This document shows positions 1 to 11,534 of a stretch of DNA of 64,000 bases, in pieces. The first letter of the stretch is position 1, and each line of letters begins with the position of its first letter. Source of the stretch: Octopus sinensis (taxonomy: Eukaryota); NCBI RefSeq assembly GCF_006345805.1, contig NC_043011.1:37460464-37524463 (forward strand), in the 5' to 3' direction. The notes under the pieces are model-generated. The model was not told the origin of the DNA and searched no databases. It saw nothing but the letters and a program-made list of their open reading frames with translations. The position numbers and the translations under genes were made by a program.

Positions 1-214
1 TCATATTTTAGCAGCATTATTTGCCAACTTTAAGCTACATAAAAACTATCAGCTTCTCGAATGTCTTCGTAACTTCGATATAGGAGAAAAATGAGTTACA
101 CTTGATACTAATAAATCATGACCTTATTGTATACCGTTCAATTCTTGTTCTTTCTTATTTTCTAAGCTTACAAACTTCCTACACTCGGAATCCCGGATCC
201 CCTTTCTCTCTCAC

Positions 215-411
215 TATCTATACATACATACATACATACATACATACATACATACATACATACATACATAGATGCATACATACATACATACATTCATGCA
301 CACATACATACATACATACAAACATACATACATACAAATATATATACATACATAGATGCATACATACATAGAAAGATAGTTAGTTAGATAGATAGATAGA
401 TAGATAGATAG
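215..411. repeat. (TACA)n then (GATA)n microsatellite
   Basis: Directly visible tandem TACA units followed by GATA units. Confidence 0.95.
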
Positions 412-1005
412 ATTTCTTTATTGGCCACTGAGGGCTAAACACAGAAGGGACAAAATACAATGTAGAGCTTTTCTTTTTGTGAAGAAGAGAAGGGGGAAAA
501 AGAAAAAAGGGTGGGGTCCGAATTCCGATCAAACGGGGGACCGATCAATAGGTATCGAGTAACACAGAAATGTCTATGTAAAAAGGGGGAACAAATAAGG
601 TTTGTCTGTGGCTAGAAATGACCACGGACTACGGAAAAGACCACGGGAACCTTGGGTAATAGTATCATGCAAAAGAAAACACATTACAGTAAGTGGCTCC
701 CTTTTTTCCTTTTTTTTATTTTCCTTTTGGTTCATAGGATTATGCTCAAGATGGCTCCGTCATTCACAAGTGCCATCCGACCTACATTCACCCATCTGTT
801 TTTGAAACATTTACTAGACAAAACTTCCCTCTCTACTCTCGCCTTCCTCCTCAATTGATACTTGAAGAAGTTGATGAGAGATTGGCCTGAGAGGAAAGTA
901 TTTGTCTCTAGACCTTTCAGACACGTCCGCCATACACATTCTTTCGCCATAGCCATAAGTACGAGGAAAAAGCTTTCCTTCCCGTTTCAAGGAAGGAGGC
1001 GTGAG
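412..1005 (-). mobile_element. 5'-truncated Tx1/L1-type non-LTR retrotransposon (ORF2 C-terminus + 3' UTR)
   Basis: The minus-strand frame reads FLVLMAMAKECVWRTCLKGLETNTFLSGQSLINFFKYQLRRKARVEREVLSSKCFKNRWVNVGRM, resembling the Tx1/L1 ORF2 C-terminal 'AK..IW.TR...F...W' region. The 3' UTR ends AATAAAGAAAT-(CTAT)n. Confidence 0.7.
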
Positions 1006-1027
1006 ATAAATAGATAGATAGATAGAC

Positions 1028-1073
<46 letters not shown>

Positions 1074-1080
1074 ATAGATA
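1006..1080. repeat. (GATA)n microsatellite on the other flank of the Tx1 fragment
   Basis: Directly visible. Confidence 0.95.
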
Positions 1081-1336
1081 TTTGTATGTATATTATCATA
1101 TATTTATAAATATTTATATATGTGGATGTATAAATGCAGTAATGTCTTTATGTGTATGTATATATGTATATACATGTGTGCGCTTACGTAAGAATGAGAT
1201 ATTAACTCCATACATACATGCATATACCGACACGCATATGGAAAGTCCCATACACGAAGTCATTGGTCCTAGCATACGAACTACATTGTATTTGCATCTG
1301 TTCTCATTCCTTAAAAAATCAATCTGAAACGTCCCG

Positions 1337-1449
1337 TAGTAATAATTCGCCATATTGCGGTTCATCTATCGTGGTTTTTAACTTACCTCGATTCCTTCAT
1401 GGTTTTGTTTTGCATTTATAATAAATTCAATACATGCAAATTATAATAT

Positions 1450-1485
<36 letters not shown>

Positions 1486-1704
1486 GATATATATATATAA
1501 TATATATATATTATATATAATATATATATATATATATATAAGCTCCTGATGATTTCTCTTGAATGAAACAGTTCTAGTCCTGTAGAAGCTCCTTCTATAT
1601 AATAAATAAATTTTACTCTGCTATGTATTGAGTACCTTATTTACTGTGGTTAACCCCGAATCAACCGGGACCTACATATATATATATATATATTATATAT
1701 ATAA

Positions 1705-1744
<40 letters not shown>

Positions 1745-1832
1745 CCAGTACAGTACAGTTTCTTCTCAGATTTTCACCATCGCGAATAATTTTGGAACGT
1801 AACACCCGCGATAGTCGAGGGTATTACTCTAT
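1337..1832. mobile_element. pogo/Tigger-like MITE interrupted by (TA)n tracts and a PLE module
   Basis: The left end (tagtaataattcgccatattgcgg) and right end (ccgcgatagtcgagggtattactcta) are imperfect inverted termini. Both halves match the uninterrupted copy at 9719-9942. Confidence 0.6.
1541..1590 (+). ncRNA. Type I hammerhead ribozyme candidate in a PLE pseudo-LTR module (module 1541-1676)
   Basis: agctc-CTGATGA-(t)ttc tctt gaa(t)-GAAA-cag ttctagtc ctg-TA-gaagct. The core is intact, the cleavage triplet is GUA, and stem I (agctc/ga(a)gct) has one bulge. Confidence 0.6.
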
Positions 1833-1864
1833 CAACTTTTAGTGTTTCCCATTATCATCACAAT

Positions 1865-2300
1865 TCATTCCTTTATAGGGATAAGGGTCTAAAATCTTAC
1901 TGGAGGTCCTTGTCGATTACATCGACCCCAGTGTTCAAATGGTTCTTACTTTATCAATCACGAAGAATGAAGGGCAAAATCGATCTTGGTTGAAAATAAA
2001 TAAGCTTAAGAATGGGTGCTCCGCATTTTGTCCCATGTGCTAACGATTCTGCCAGCTTGCCATGTCTACTATCATCATCATATTTATTTGAAATCTTTAC
2101 ACAAGGCCAGCAATTTCGGGGAAAGGTGTAAGTCGATTACTTCAGCCCTAGTGCTTCACTGATATTCATTTTACCTAAGCTGAAAGGATGAAAGGCAAAG
2201 TCAACCGCTTCAGAATTTGACACCAGAACGCAAAGTGTAGGAAGAAATACCACTCAGAATTTTATTCGGTATGATAACAACTCTGCCAACCCACCGCCTT
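1865..2300 (-). mobile_element. Two decayed SINE-1 copies (tRNA-like head, central gcctttcatcctttcggggtcga domain)
   Basis: Reverse-complement matches to the head ggcgagctggcagaatcgttag and to the core atcgaccccagt / aaggatgaaaggcaaagtc seen in the better copies. Confidence 0.75.
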
Positions 2301-2994
2301 TGCTAACATCGTCATCATCTGAGCATCATTATGAGAAATCTGCTAGGTTTCTCAGAAAGTGGCGTTCGTCCCCACTTTTTTCTCTGACCTTTGTTTTTTT
2401 TTTTTCAATAGCCAACGCAGTCAATATCTCATTCGGTTTCTCCACAATTGATAAGGAATACGAAAGAAGAAGTGGCGACGAGTTAACAAAAACAGGAAAT
2501 ATATTAGTTCAACATAATCTTTTGAGCATCTGAAAAATTTATTTGCGATATTAACGTCATTAAGTTATGATACCAAGCACAACCGGGGTCATAATTTCCT
2601 CACACTTTAGTGAATTTGAAGAAAAAATGGCCCTCTTCAATAATTGTACCAATATAATTAAGGGCAGTGGGTTTAGTCAATTCCTAGAGTGTTATAGAAA
2701 ATGCCTTGCGGTATTTATTGTTGCATCAGCGAGGTCAACCACATTGCTGTTTTGAAATATGAAGGACTCAAATAGATCTCTTATCGATCCAAAAGAGTGA
2801 AGAGATTGGCATACACAACAGACATCACTTGAGTCAGAATGCGGTAAGTTATTAATTATTAGGAGGGGGTATTCGCTGAATGGACAAACAGCAGCTGGTT
2901 TTGCTAATTATAGATCATCAATGTCAGTTAGTAGAGTTTTGAGGTCCGTGGAGATATTTGATGAGTGACATACGCCACTGAACTCCAACTTCTT

Positions 2995-3900
2995 ATCATC
3001 ATCATCATCATTATCACCGTCGTTACCATCATCATCGTCATCATCAACATCATCATCACCACTACTACCACCACCACCACCAACACCATCATCATCGTCA
3101 TCACCATCTACCTTTCTCAGTTCTCGTGACCACCTCCTCCATCATATTCTTTTTGTTCATGGTTTCGTCCTTTGCCTATCATCATTTTTTTTCAAACCAT
3201 TTTTCACGTTCTTCAACCTACACTTTTGGTTTTACGTATTGTCTTCTCCTTCTCCTCCTTTTCCTCATCCTTCTTCTTCTTCTTCTTCTTCTTCTTCTTC
3301 TTCTTCTTCTTCTCCTTAAACTTCTTCATATTCCTCTTCTTTTTCTTCTTCTCCTCCTCCACCTCCTCCTTCTCCACTTCCTCATTCTCCTTCTTTTTCA
3401 TCTTCATCTTCTTCTACACCTCCTCACCCTTCTTATTTTTCTGCTTCTTCTACTTCTCTTCTTCTTCTTCTTCTTCTTCTTCTTCTTCTTCTCTTCTTCT
3501 TCTTCTTTGTCGTCTGCTTTGCTTTCATCATCATCATCCTCATCACCGTCATCACTACCATCATCATTATCATCATCATCACCATCACCATCATCACTAC
3601 CATCATCATTATCATCATAATCATCATCAACATCATCATCATCATCATCATCAACATCATCATAATCATCATCGCCCTCGTCGTCATCATCATCACTTGC
3701 ACCGTTGCCTTCCGTCTTCATATTTCTGATTGCTTTCTGTTTCTTTTGTCTCATTCAATCTTCTTTCATTTTTTAAACTTTTTTTCTTCTTCAAAGTATT
3801 CTTTTCGTTCTTCAAATTCTCCTTTTGCTTTTATACTTCTTCTTCTTCTTAATCTTCTTCTTACACAGCTATACTCATTCTTTTTTTTTTCCATTCCAAG
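2995..3900. repeat. Compound (CAT)/(CAC)/(TTC)n microsatellite and polypyrimidine tract
   Basis: Visible trinucleotide arrays; these produce the poly-L/F/S/H/D ORFs on the track. Confidence 0.95.
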
Positions 3901-4009
3901 TTTATATTCCAGTGTTTTATCCTCCAAGACATAACTGTCTCTTTCTATTCAACTATTATCAAACGCTCTGTTTCGTACATTTAATTGGATCAACGAGTGT
4001 CTCAGATCC

Positions 4010-4052
4010 ACTGCTGCTGCTGCTGCTACTACTACTACTACTACTACTACTA

Positions 4053-4094
<42 letters not shown>

Positions 4095-4105
4095 CACGAC
4101 TACCA
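4010..4105. repeat. (CTG)n(CTA)n microsatellite
   Basis: Directly visible. Confidence 0.95.
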
Positions 4106-4224
4106 CCACTGTTTAACAGGCTTAAATGTATAACTAACCGATAGATGGAATCATGGATTCCTTGTCGCTTAGAGAGTAGACAAATCTGTATATGTGCATG
4201 TGTGTATATGTCTCTGTGTCAGAA

Positions 4225-4255
<31 letters not shown>

Positions 4256-4302
4256 GTGCGTAGTTGTTTGTGTGCATGTGTGTGTAGGTGTGCGTACGTT
4301 AC

Positions 4303-4333
4303 TTTATTTCTAATCTTCTTTTTACAGGTAAGC
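4303..4333 (+). other. Fused acceptor/donor motif (candidate recursive splice site, YnCAG|GTAAGC)
   Basis: tttatttctaatcttctttttacag|gtaagc: a polypyrimidine tract with a CTAAT branch-like motif, AG at 4326-4327, and GTAAG immediately after. Confidence 0.3.
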
Positions 4334-4523
4334 AAAGTAACGCTCAATCTCTCTGCCTTTGTAGGTATGCATGTAAGCATTTATGTATATATGTATGTAC
4401 GTACATACGTACGTATGTATGTATGTATGCATACATACATTCATGTATGTACGTATGTATGCAAGTCTATTATATATATATATATATATACATACATACA
4501 TACATATATGTATACAAATTATT

Positions 4524-4585
<62 letters not shown>

Positions 4586-4667
4586 ATATTATATATTGTA
4601 AGATTTGATTTGAAAAGCCCACTCGATTGGGAGAAAGCGCTAATCCGAATGATATGATCTGAATGAT

Positions 4668-4767
4668 NNNNNNNNNNNNNNNNNNNNNNNNNNNNNNNNN
4701 NNNNNNNNNNNNNNNNNNNNNNNNNNNNNNNNNNNNNNNNNNNNNNNNNNNNNNNNNNNNNNNNNNN
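4668..4767. other. Assembly gap (100 N)
   Basis: Run of 100 N. Confidence 1.
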
Positions 4768-4903
4768 ATGTACCGCTGAATCCTTGGCATCATGTTTTAT
4801 TTTGAATATTTACTCCACCACATACACCACCAAACGGTATATCAGTTGCTTACAATTATCAAGTACTCACTCAGTTTCTATATATATATATATATATATA
4901 TAT

Positions 4904-4940
<37 letters not shown>

Positions 4941-5317
4941 CGAAAGCCTAAACGTGCTCGTATACACAAATTCCCGTACTTATGTTCAAATCTCTGCCGA
5001 CCTCCGCCGATTTGTCCTCACAAATTAAACTGCAGACAAGTTCAAAGTTAATATAACAAAACACGTAAAATTTGCGAATGCTTTCACATTTATATCTCAA
5101 TTTCCTTCCGGCACAAAAGACATTACCACAAGGAGAGCACCACAAGCTGTGAGGTTGCTCTCTTAACATAGATATATAATTATATGAATAATTTTCGCTT
5201 ATGTCAATTTGCTTGATTGATCTGCTCTCCGCAAGAGGTTAGCTGTGTGGCGTCAATTAGTTTAAGCATTTCATTCTGTCAGTGACTAATGGTTTGTTAT
5301 AAATTGTTTTGTCATGA

Positions 5318-5625
5318 ACACTCGTGGCTTAATAGATTGGGCATTTAGCTCATGATTGTAAGATTGTGAATTCGATTCCTGTAAGTTGTATCCTTGAGCA
5401 AGTCATATATTCCTATTTGCTCCGGTTCACGTAGCTGTCACAATTGAGTCGTACCTGGAATTTGAAGGACCAGTTTAGTCGCATTCAATGTGTCAAGCTG
5501 AATCTCCATGACAAATAAGGGTACACGAGTCTGTGGAGTGCTCTGTTACTTTCATATTAATTTAATGAGCGGGCTGTTCCGTTCATTGAATCGCTGGTCT
5601 TTGTAAGCAACGGATAATCAGGCCT
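5318..5625 (+). mobile_element. Decayed tRNA-derived SINE with a conserved 3' domain (gtctgtggagtgctc...gggctgttccgtt); a second fragment lies at about 44395-44490
   Basis: Head cgtggcttaat...ttcgattcct, then tccttgagcaag. The 3' domain recurs at 44400. Confidence 0.5.
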
Positions 5626-5704
5626 TGGTATTATAAGTCTCTTAACTTTTCCACACTCGTTCAGTCTTCCATTGGAATCCGTAAAATACCAACAAATACT
5701 GTGG

Positions 5705-5905
5705 CAGGGTCACGTGGCTTAGTGGTTAATGTGGTGTATAGTTTTCATGAGCAAAACGCTTCATTTCCCGTTGATCCAGTCCACTCGGCTGGCAGACATG
5801 AGTAATCCTCAAATGGATTGGCATCTCATCCAGGTGTGGAAAATATGTGCCATGGAACCGGGAAACCGGCCATTGTGAATCGGCTTGATTCGGAAAGGTA
5901 ACTTT
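5705..5905 (+). mobile_element. SINE-3 copy (CORE-like: ttgagcaaaac...ccagtccactcagctggc...atggactggcgtcccgtccag)
   Basis: Aligns by eye with the better-preserved minus copy at 24545-24805. Confidence 0.65.
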
Positions 5906-6049
5906 ACCTTTACCATTAAATAATGCCGTGGAGATTATAGCGAAAAGCTAAGTTACAATGCTCAAGATATGATATTAATTTATGTCCCAAACTTTCGCTT
6001 CAGAATGTCTAATTAGTCCCAATAATGTCATTATTATTTCCAGTATTAA

Positions 6050-6860
6050 GAAGTTGAACTGGTGAAATCGTTAGCCAATGAATCAAAGTGCTCAGCGGTA
6101 TTTCTTCCGTCTTTCACGTTTTACTGAGGTCGACTCACCCTTCTACCGTTTAGAGGTTTATAAGATAAGTGTCAGATGATCAATGAGGCCGAGGTAATCA
6201 TTTTCGCCTTTCCCTTAAACTTTCTAACCTTTTGGCAAAATTGAAATCATTAGCACCTTCAAAATTATCTAAAACCAATGCTGTGTATTTCATTAGAGAT
6301 ATAGCAACAAAAGAAGTGAAATTCAACGTTTGTTTATCATAAAGAGAGAAAAGTCTTTACAGAAGATATTCCACTGTGACTAAACGCTATAATGATTGTA
6401 TAATATGTGGATGTATTCTGTGCAACGTATTATTTATTTCATAACTTTAAATGTTAATGGCGGAAAGCCGGTACAACTAGTAGCGTGTCGGACGAAATGC
6501 TTAGCTCCAGTTTATCTGGCTCTTTTCGTTTTCAATACAAATGTACCGAGGACGACTTTGTTTTCATACTTTCAGGGTCGATAAAAGAAGTACCATTCGA
6601 GCATTAGTGTTTATGTAACCAGCAAAACCCCCTCCCTTCAAAACGGCTGTCAAAATTTAAAAGGAATCTTTAAGACGGCAAGTCGGAGAAAATGTGTATT
6701 CTGACATCAAATTTTATCGAAGTTGGTTTTTGCCTTTCGTCACTTCAAGGGCGATAAATTTAGTACCAGTTGAACAGTAGGCTCTATGTGATCGAAAAGC
6801 CACCTTCCTCAAAATTTCAGCTGTTTTGTCTATAGTGCGAAGGCTTATTTCAAATGGTAA
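6050..6860 (+). mobile_element. Three decayed SINE-1 copies in tandem orientation
   Basis: Repeated head/core motifs near 6060, 6465 and 6680 (gggtcgataaa..agtacca). Confidence 0.6.
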
Positions 6861-7567
6861 GTATGTGATATTTGGAAAAATATCACTTCAGTAACTAATT
6901 GGTCGAACGAACACGTTAAACCGAATTCAGTGGCTGGTCAGAGCTGTCAGTGTCTCGCAATATGATTTGATTAGGACAATTTTGTTTAGTTTTGATTTAT
7001 TTCTATAAAATTTCACTTGAAATGATTGATACCGAGATTTGCCGAATAACGAGTTAATAATATTGTTGTAGGATAAATAAAAAAAAAAGAGAAATGTAAA
7101 TACTTAAATATAAAAGTAAATTCGTTTGATGCGTAAGAAGAAAAGAAGAAGAATATATTGTTTAAATCTGCCAAAATGTCTAGAATATAAGTTGCAATGA
7201 AATAATTTTATGATGATTACAGATTTACGATAAAAATTAACGTCATGTTTTGATACCAGCTATGTTACACACCGCATACACACAAACAGTCATACACACA
7301 CACATGTACACTCACAAAAATGCACACACGCACACACGTACACACATACACGCACAAACATACATACATATATATATATACATATGTATATAGGTATCTA
7401 TTAGAATTTGTAAATATATATCTATATACATGTATATCTATCTACATGTATCTATATAGAAATGTATGTATTTAAAACATATTTATATACATGTATATGG
7501 GTTAGGCATATATATTTACAATTAACATATGTTCCAGTATATTATTATATATATATTCTATATATAT

Positions 7568-7629
<62 letters not shown>

Positions 7630-7639
7630 TATCTTATTT

Positions 7640-7840
7640 AAAGCAGCAGAAAATTCAACAAAACCTGTTACTCTGAGTTTTCCGTTGCAGTTCATCGGAC
7701 AGTTTTTGCTGAACGGCAACGGGAAACTCAGAGTAACATGTTTTGTGAATTTTCTGCTGCTTTATATAAAGTATATTACTCCATCACTGGTATTTGAGTA
7801 CTCTCTTTTCCACCTTGTTTCACATTTATGTGTTTACTCT

Positions 7841-7843
<3 letters not shown>
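7640..7843. repeat. Hairpin of about 55-bp arms (7640-7694 / 7710-7763) plus a PLE-like tail, between (TA)n tracts
   Basis: aaagcagcagaaaattcaacaaaacctgttactctgagttttccgttgcagttca is the near reverse complement of tgaacggcaacgggaaactcagagtaacatgttttgtgaattttctgctgcttt. Confidence 0.85.
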
Positions 7844-7920
<77 letters not shown>

Positions 7921-8349
7921 GATATAGAGAGAGAGAGAGAGGGGAGAGAAGGAATGGCATATACATATATACGTATATATGTATCTATGTATTTGCAATC
8001 ATTATCTATTAACTAAACTGAGAATGAAAAGCAGCGTCGAGTGAAAAAGGTACTCAATGCAGTTATAGAGATTTAATATTTTACTATAAAGAAATATAAA
8101 TTGATTGTGCCGTCCAAGTGTTGTCGTAAATGGCTCCTCATCCAAGACATCTGAAACATGTGAGTCAAACGCATGCGTTATAGATCCTTCACGATGGAAG
8201 GCGTTGCCAGCTACCATGAGTATAAAGGCCGATGCTTCAAAGAAATATATATGTGCGATTGCGTTTGTATATGTGTGTGTGTGTTTGTGTATGCATGTGT
8301 GTGTATCTGTGTATGTAGGTATGTATATATGTTAGTATGTTTGTATACT

Positions 8350-8765
8350 CTTTAATTGTTTCAGTCATGTGACTGTGGCCATTCTGGAACACCGCCTTTA
8401 GTCGAGCGAATCGATCCCAGGACTTATTCTTTGTAATCCTAGTACTTATTCTATCGGTCTCTTTTGCCGAACCACTAAGTTAAGGGGATGTAAACACACC
8501 AGCATCGGTTGTCAAGCGATGTTGTGGGGACAAATACAGACACACACACACACGCACACCACACACACACACAAACACACACACACATATATATATAAAC
8601 ATATATACGGCATGCTTCTCTCAGTTTCCGTCTACCAAATCCACTCAGAAGGGTTTGGTCGGCATGAGGCTATAGCAGAAGACACTTGCCCAATGTACCA
8701 CGCAGTAGGACTAAATCCGGGACCATGTGGTTGGTAAGCAAGCTATTTACCAAACAGCCATTCCT
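8350..8765 (-). mobile_element. SINE-2 copy (tRNA head, ccttgggcaagtgtcttct CORE-like block, internal (TA)(TG) tract, L2/CR1-like tail)
   Basis: Reverse complement of the family seen on + at 14672-15076. Confidence 0.85.
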
Positions 8766-9162
8766 GGTATGTAAGTACGTAAGTATGTATGTATGCATGT
8801 ATGTATGTGAGTATATTTCGTAATATACCGAGATGAAGGAGATCCACAGATCCAATTAGACCAAATATCTCTTCTTCTGAGGCCAGTATTTTTTTCTTTC
8901 ATGCTAACTACCAAACTACGTTGAGGGGCAAGATTTCTTTGCTTACCAACCTTCTCATCTAATCCTAGTTTCATTAACAGGCACACAAATGTACACGTTC
9001 TCTTCTAGTCGAGGAAGTGAGGAGACATGGTGAATTTTATTTCCGAGGGACTGTGGAAAGCTGCGTGCTGTTTCCCAAACCAAATTTTATTATTTTTCTC
9101 CTAACAGGGATAAAGCCTAAGGCAGGGACCAATGCGCACTTCTGGACACGCATCCCATATTC

Positions 9163-9565
9163 AGAGCTAGCAGAAGCGTTAGCAGGCCGGGCCAAATGTT
9201 TGACAGTATTTCGTCTGCCGCTACGTTCTGAGTTCAAATTTCGCCGAGGTCGACTTTGCCTTTCATCCTTTCGGGGTCGATTAAATATGTACCAGTTACG
9301 CACTGGAGTCGATATAATCGACTTAATCCGTTTGTCTGTCATTGTTTGTCCTCTCTGTGTGTAGCCCTTTGTGGGTAGTAAAGAAATAGGTATTTCGTCT
9401 GCCGCTACGTTCTGAGTTCAAATTCCGCCGAGGTCGACTTTGCCTTTCATCCTTTCGGGTCGTTTAAATATGTACCAGTTACGCACTGGGTCGATATAAC
9501 GACTTAATCCGTTTGTCTGTCCTCGTTTGTCCTGTCTGTGTTTAGCCCCTTGTGGTTAGTAAAGG
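9163..9565 (+). mobile_element. SINE-1 dimer (complete unit + headless second unit)
   Basis: Two copies of gtatttcgtctgccgctacgttctgagttcaaatt..gccgaggtcgactttgcctttcatcctttcg; the junction taaagaaatag|gtatttcg is at 9389/9390. Confidence 0.9.
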
Positions 9566-9718
9566 ATAAAAAAAATCTCTTCGTATTTTCCTGGAACTTG
9601 TTTTGATGTAGTATATTCTTGTGTCTCGTGACTATGAAAATATATACTTATATAAAACTTTACGTTGCTGATAATCATGCCCTCGGTAATATTTATACTG
9701 TTTGCCATCTAAATTATT

Positions 9719-9942
9719 ACACTAATCCCTCGCCTTATCGCGATTCAATTATCGCGGTTTATTATTTAAGCTTACGTCGATTCCTCCATGATGTTGTTTT
9801 GAATTTATAATAACATAAATATATAAAAATCATAAAAATAATTTTAAAAAATACACACCACAGTACTGTTTCCACTTCGCGGATTTTCACCTATCGCGAG
9901 GTGTTTCGGAACGTACCACCCAAAATGGCTGAGGGGTTTCTA
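9719..9942. mobile_element. pogo/Tigger-like MITE
   Basis: Starts actaatccctcgccttatcgcg and ends with a decayed inverted counterpart (ggctgaggggtttctata). Homologous to 1337-1832. Confidence 0.55.
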
Positions 9943-10779
9943 TATTGATACTTCCAGCCCTATCATCTTTGCTATGAAAAAGTCATTGCAGCTATTCCGT
10001 GGATATGTATGATTTCTTGCTATTTTTACAATCTATTTTAGTTCTGAAGATTTTAATTCATGTTGCTTCCGTGAGAGTTTACTTGTAAATGAAGCAGCAT
10101 TTTGAAAAAAAAATCTAGGGGCAGATAATTGGAGATTGTTATTACGTGAGACAGGAGAGGTTCTACTGATAGTTATTTAATTCTTTTTTACTCGGTATTA
10201 ATTATACCAACTTTAATGATACCAATTAATGCTAATACGAATGAACCGGTTTAGAAACGTAGAAACGCTTTTGAAAACCTTGTCCCATGTAAAACAGTTG
10301 CAACTATTAATTCTGTTAACCAATATTCATTCCACCTCTTCAAATTCTGTGAACTTTAAAAATCCGATAAATATTCGTGAAATAACCAATAGGTAAATGG
10401 GAAACTGAAAAGATATTCTCCATACTTAATGTGTAAAATAATATTTTCCCTCAACGTACCCACAATTTCTCCGCACAAGTCGTGTCATTCCGATTTCACA
10501 TCTAGTGATATCTTAACCGACGTGGTTACTTTCGATCACAAGTCTTAAGTTGACTCGGGACACGCACGAGTTACCATGCAGCAGAATCCGACCTTGCATA
10601 CATATACATACAATGTATGCATAGATAACCTCCCCATATGTATGTACGTGTATGCGTATATATATAAATATATATACATATATATATGTGTGTGTGTGGG
10701 TGTGTGTGTATAGACTATAATTTTAAATCGAATATATTTCAATTGAACTTAAACTTAATTGTAATTCGAATTTAATTGT

Positions 10780-11035
10780 AGCCATGAAACGTACGTAGTT
10801 TTTTTTTTACTGATATATTGAACATTCATTTTTATACTTTTGAGATCTAGTTATATGTTTTATAAAAATATAAAATATTCGTTATTTATGTTTTGGTTTA
10901 TGTCTATCACAGTTTGAGTTGCATAATATTGGTTTTATCTATAATTTATATTTTATATATTTATTTTGTGAAATTCGATTTAATACTAAATTGAATTTTT
11001 CCCTGTAAGTTTGGAATTATACTCTCTATTATTAT
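10780..11035 (+). mobile_element. 5'-truncated PLE pseudo-LTR with only the 3' half of a hammerhead (GAAAC-GTAC-GTA, 10786-10797)
   Basis: gccatgaaacgtacgtag matches gccatgaaacgatcgtag at 22788. The tail tttttccctgtaagtttggaattat matches 22983-23025 and the reverse complement of 38010-38050. Confidence 0.6.
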
Positions 11036-11444
11036 TATTATTATCATTATTATTATCATTATTACTATTATTATTATTATTATTATTGTTATTGTTATTA
11101 TATATACACACATATATATATATATACACACACATATTTATATTTATTTATAAAGGATTCTTGAGAGAATCGGGAACTTGAACGCAATACACCAGGTTGG
11201 GTTGATTTAACCTGTAAGCAACAACTTTAGGAGGATCAATATACTTGGTACTGAAGGAATTCAGTCATATATTTAAGCTGTGCCCTAAACAAAAATCCAC
11301 CGCTACGAGTATTTAACGCTTAGGGTCGAAAATGCGCATTGTGTAGATCACACTGTGTTTGGTATAATCTAGGAAGTCCGACGGGTCATGAATCTCTTTG
11401 GAGTATTAACAAAGAAAAAATAAGAGACGATGTATAAATGTCTC

Positions 11445-11534
11445 TTCATTACAATTGTTTCTTACGGATTTAGTTATATATTTGACGAGTGAGTACATTA
11501 CATCATAGTCAAAAAACTGTATTCATCAGGTAAT
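11445..11534 (-). ncRNA. Degenerate type I hammerhead (core intact, stem I broken)
   Basis: Minus strand: CTGATGA, a long interrupted stem II (tac/gta, agtt/aact, tttgac/gtcaaa), then GAAAC-AATT-GTA. The flanks do not pair as stem I. Confidence 0.4.

Noticed and set aside
2300-2990. Complex sequence with a strong acceptor-like site (2411) and a donor-like site (2844)
   Set aside because: All three plus frames contain stops between the sites, and no translation resembles a family I recognise.
3126-3754. Long ORFs (164-185 aa) rich in L/F/S/H/D/E
   Set aside because: They are translations of (TTC)n and (CAT)n microsatellites, open in several frames on both strands.
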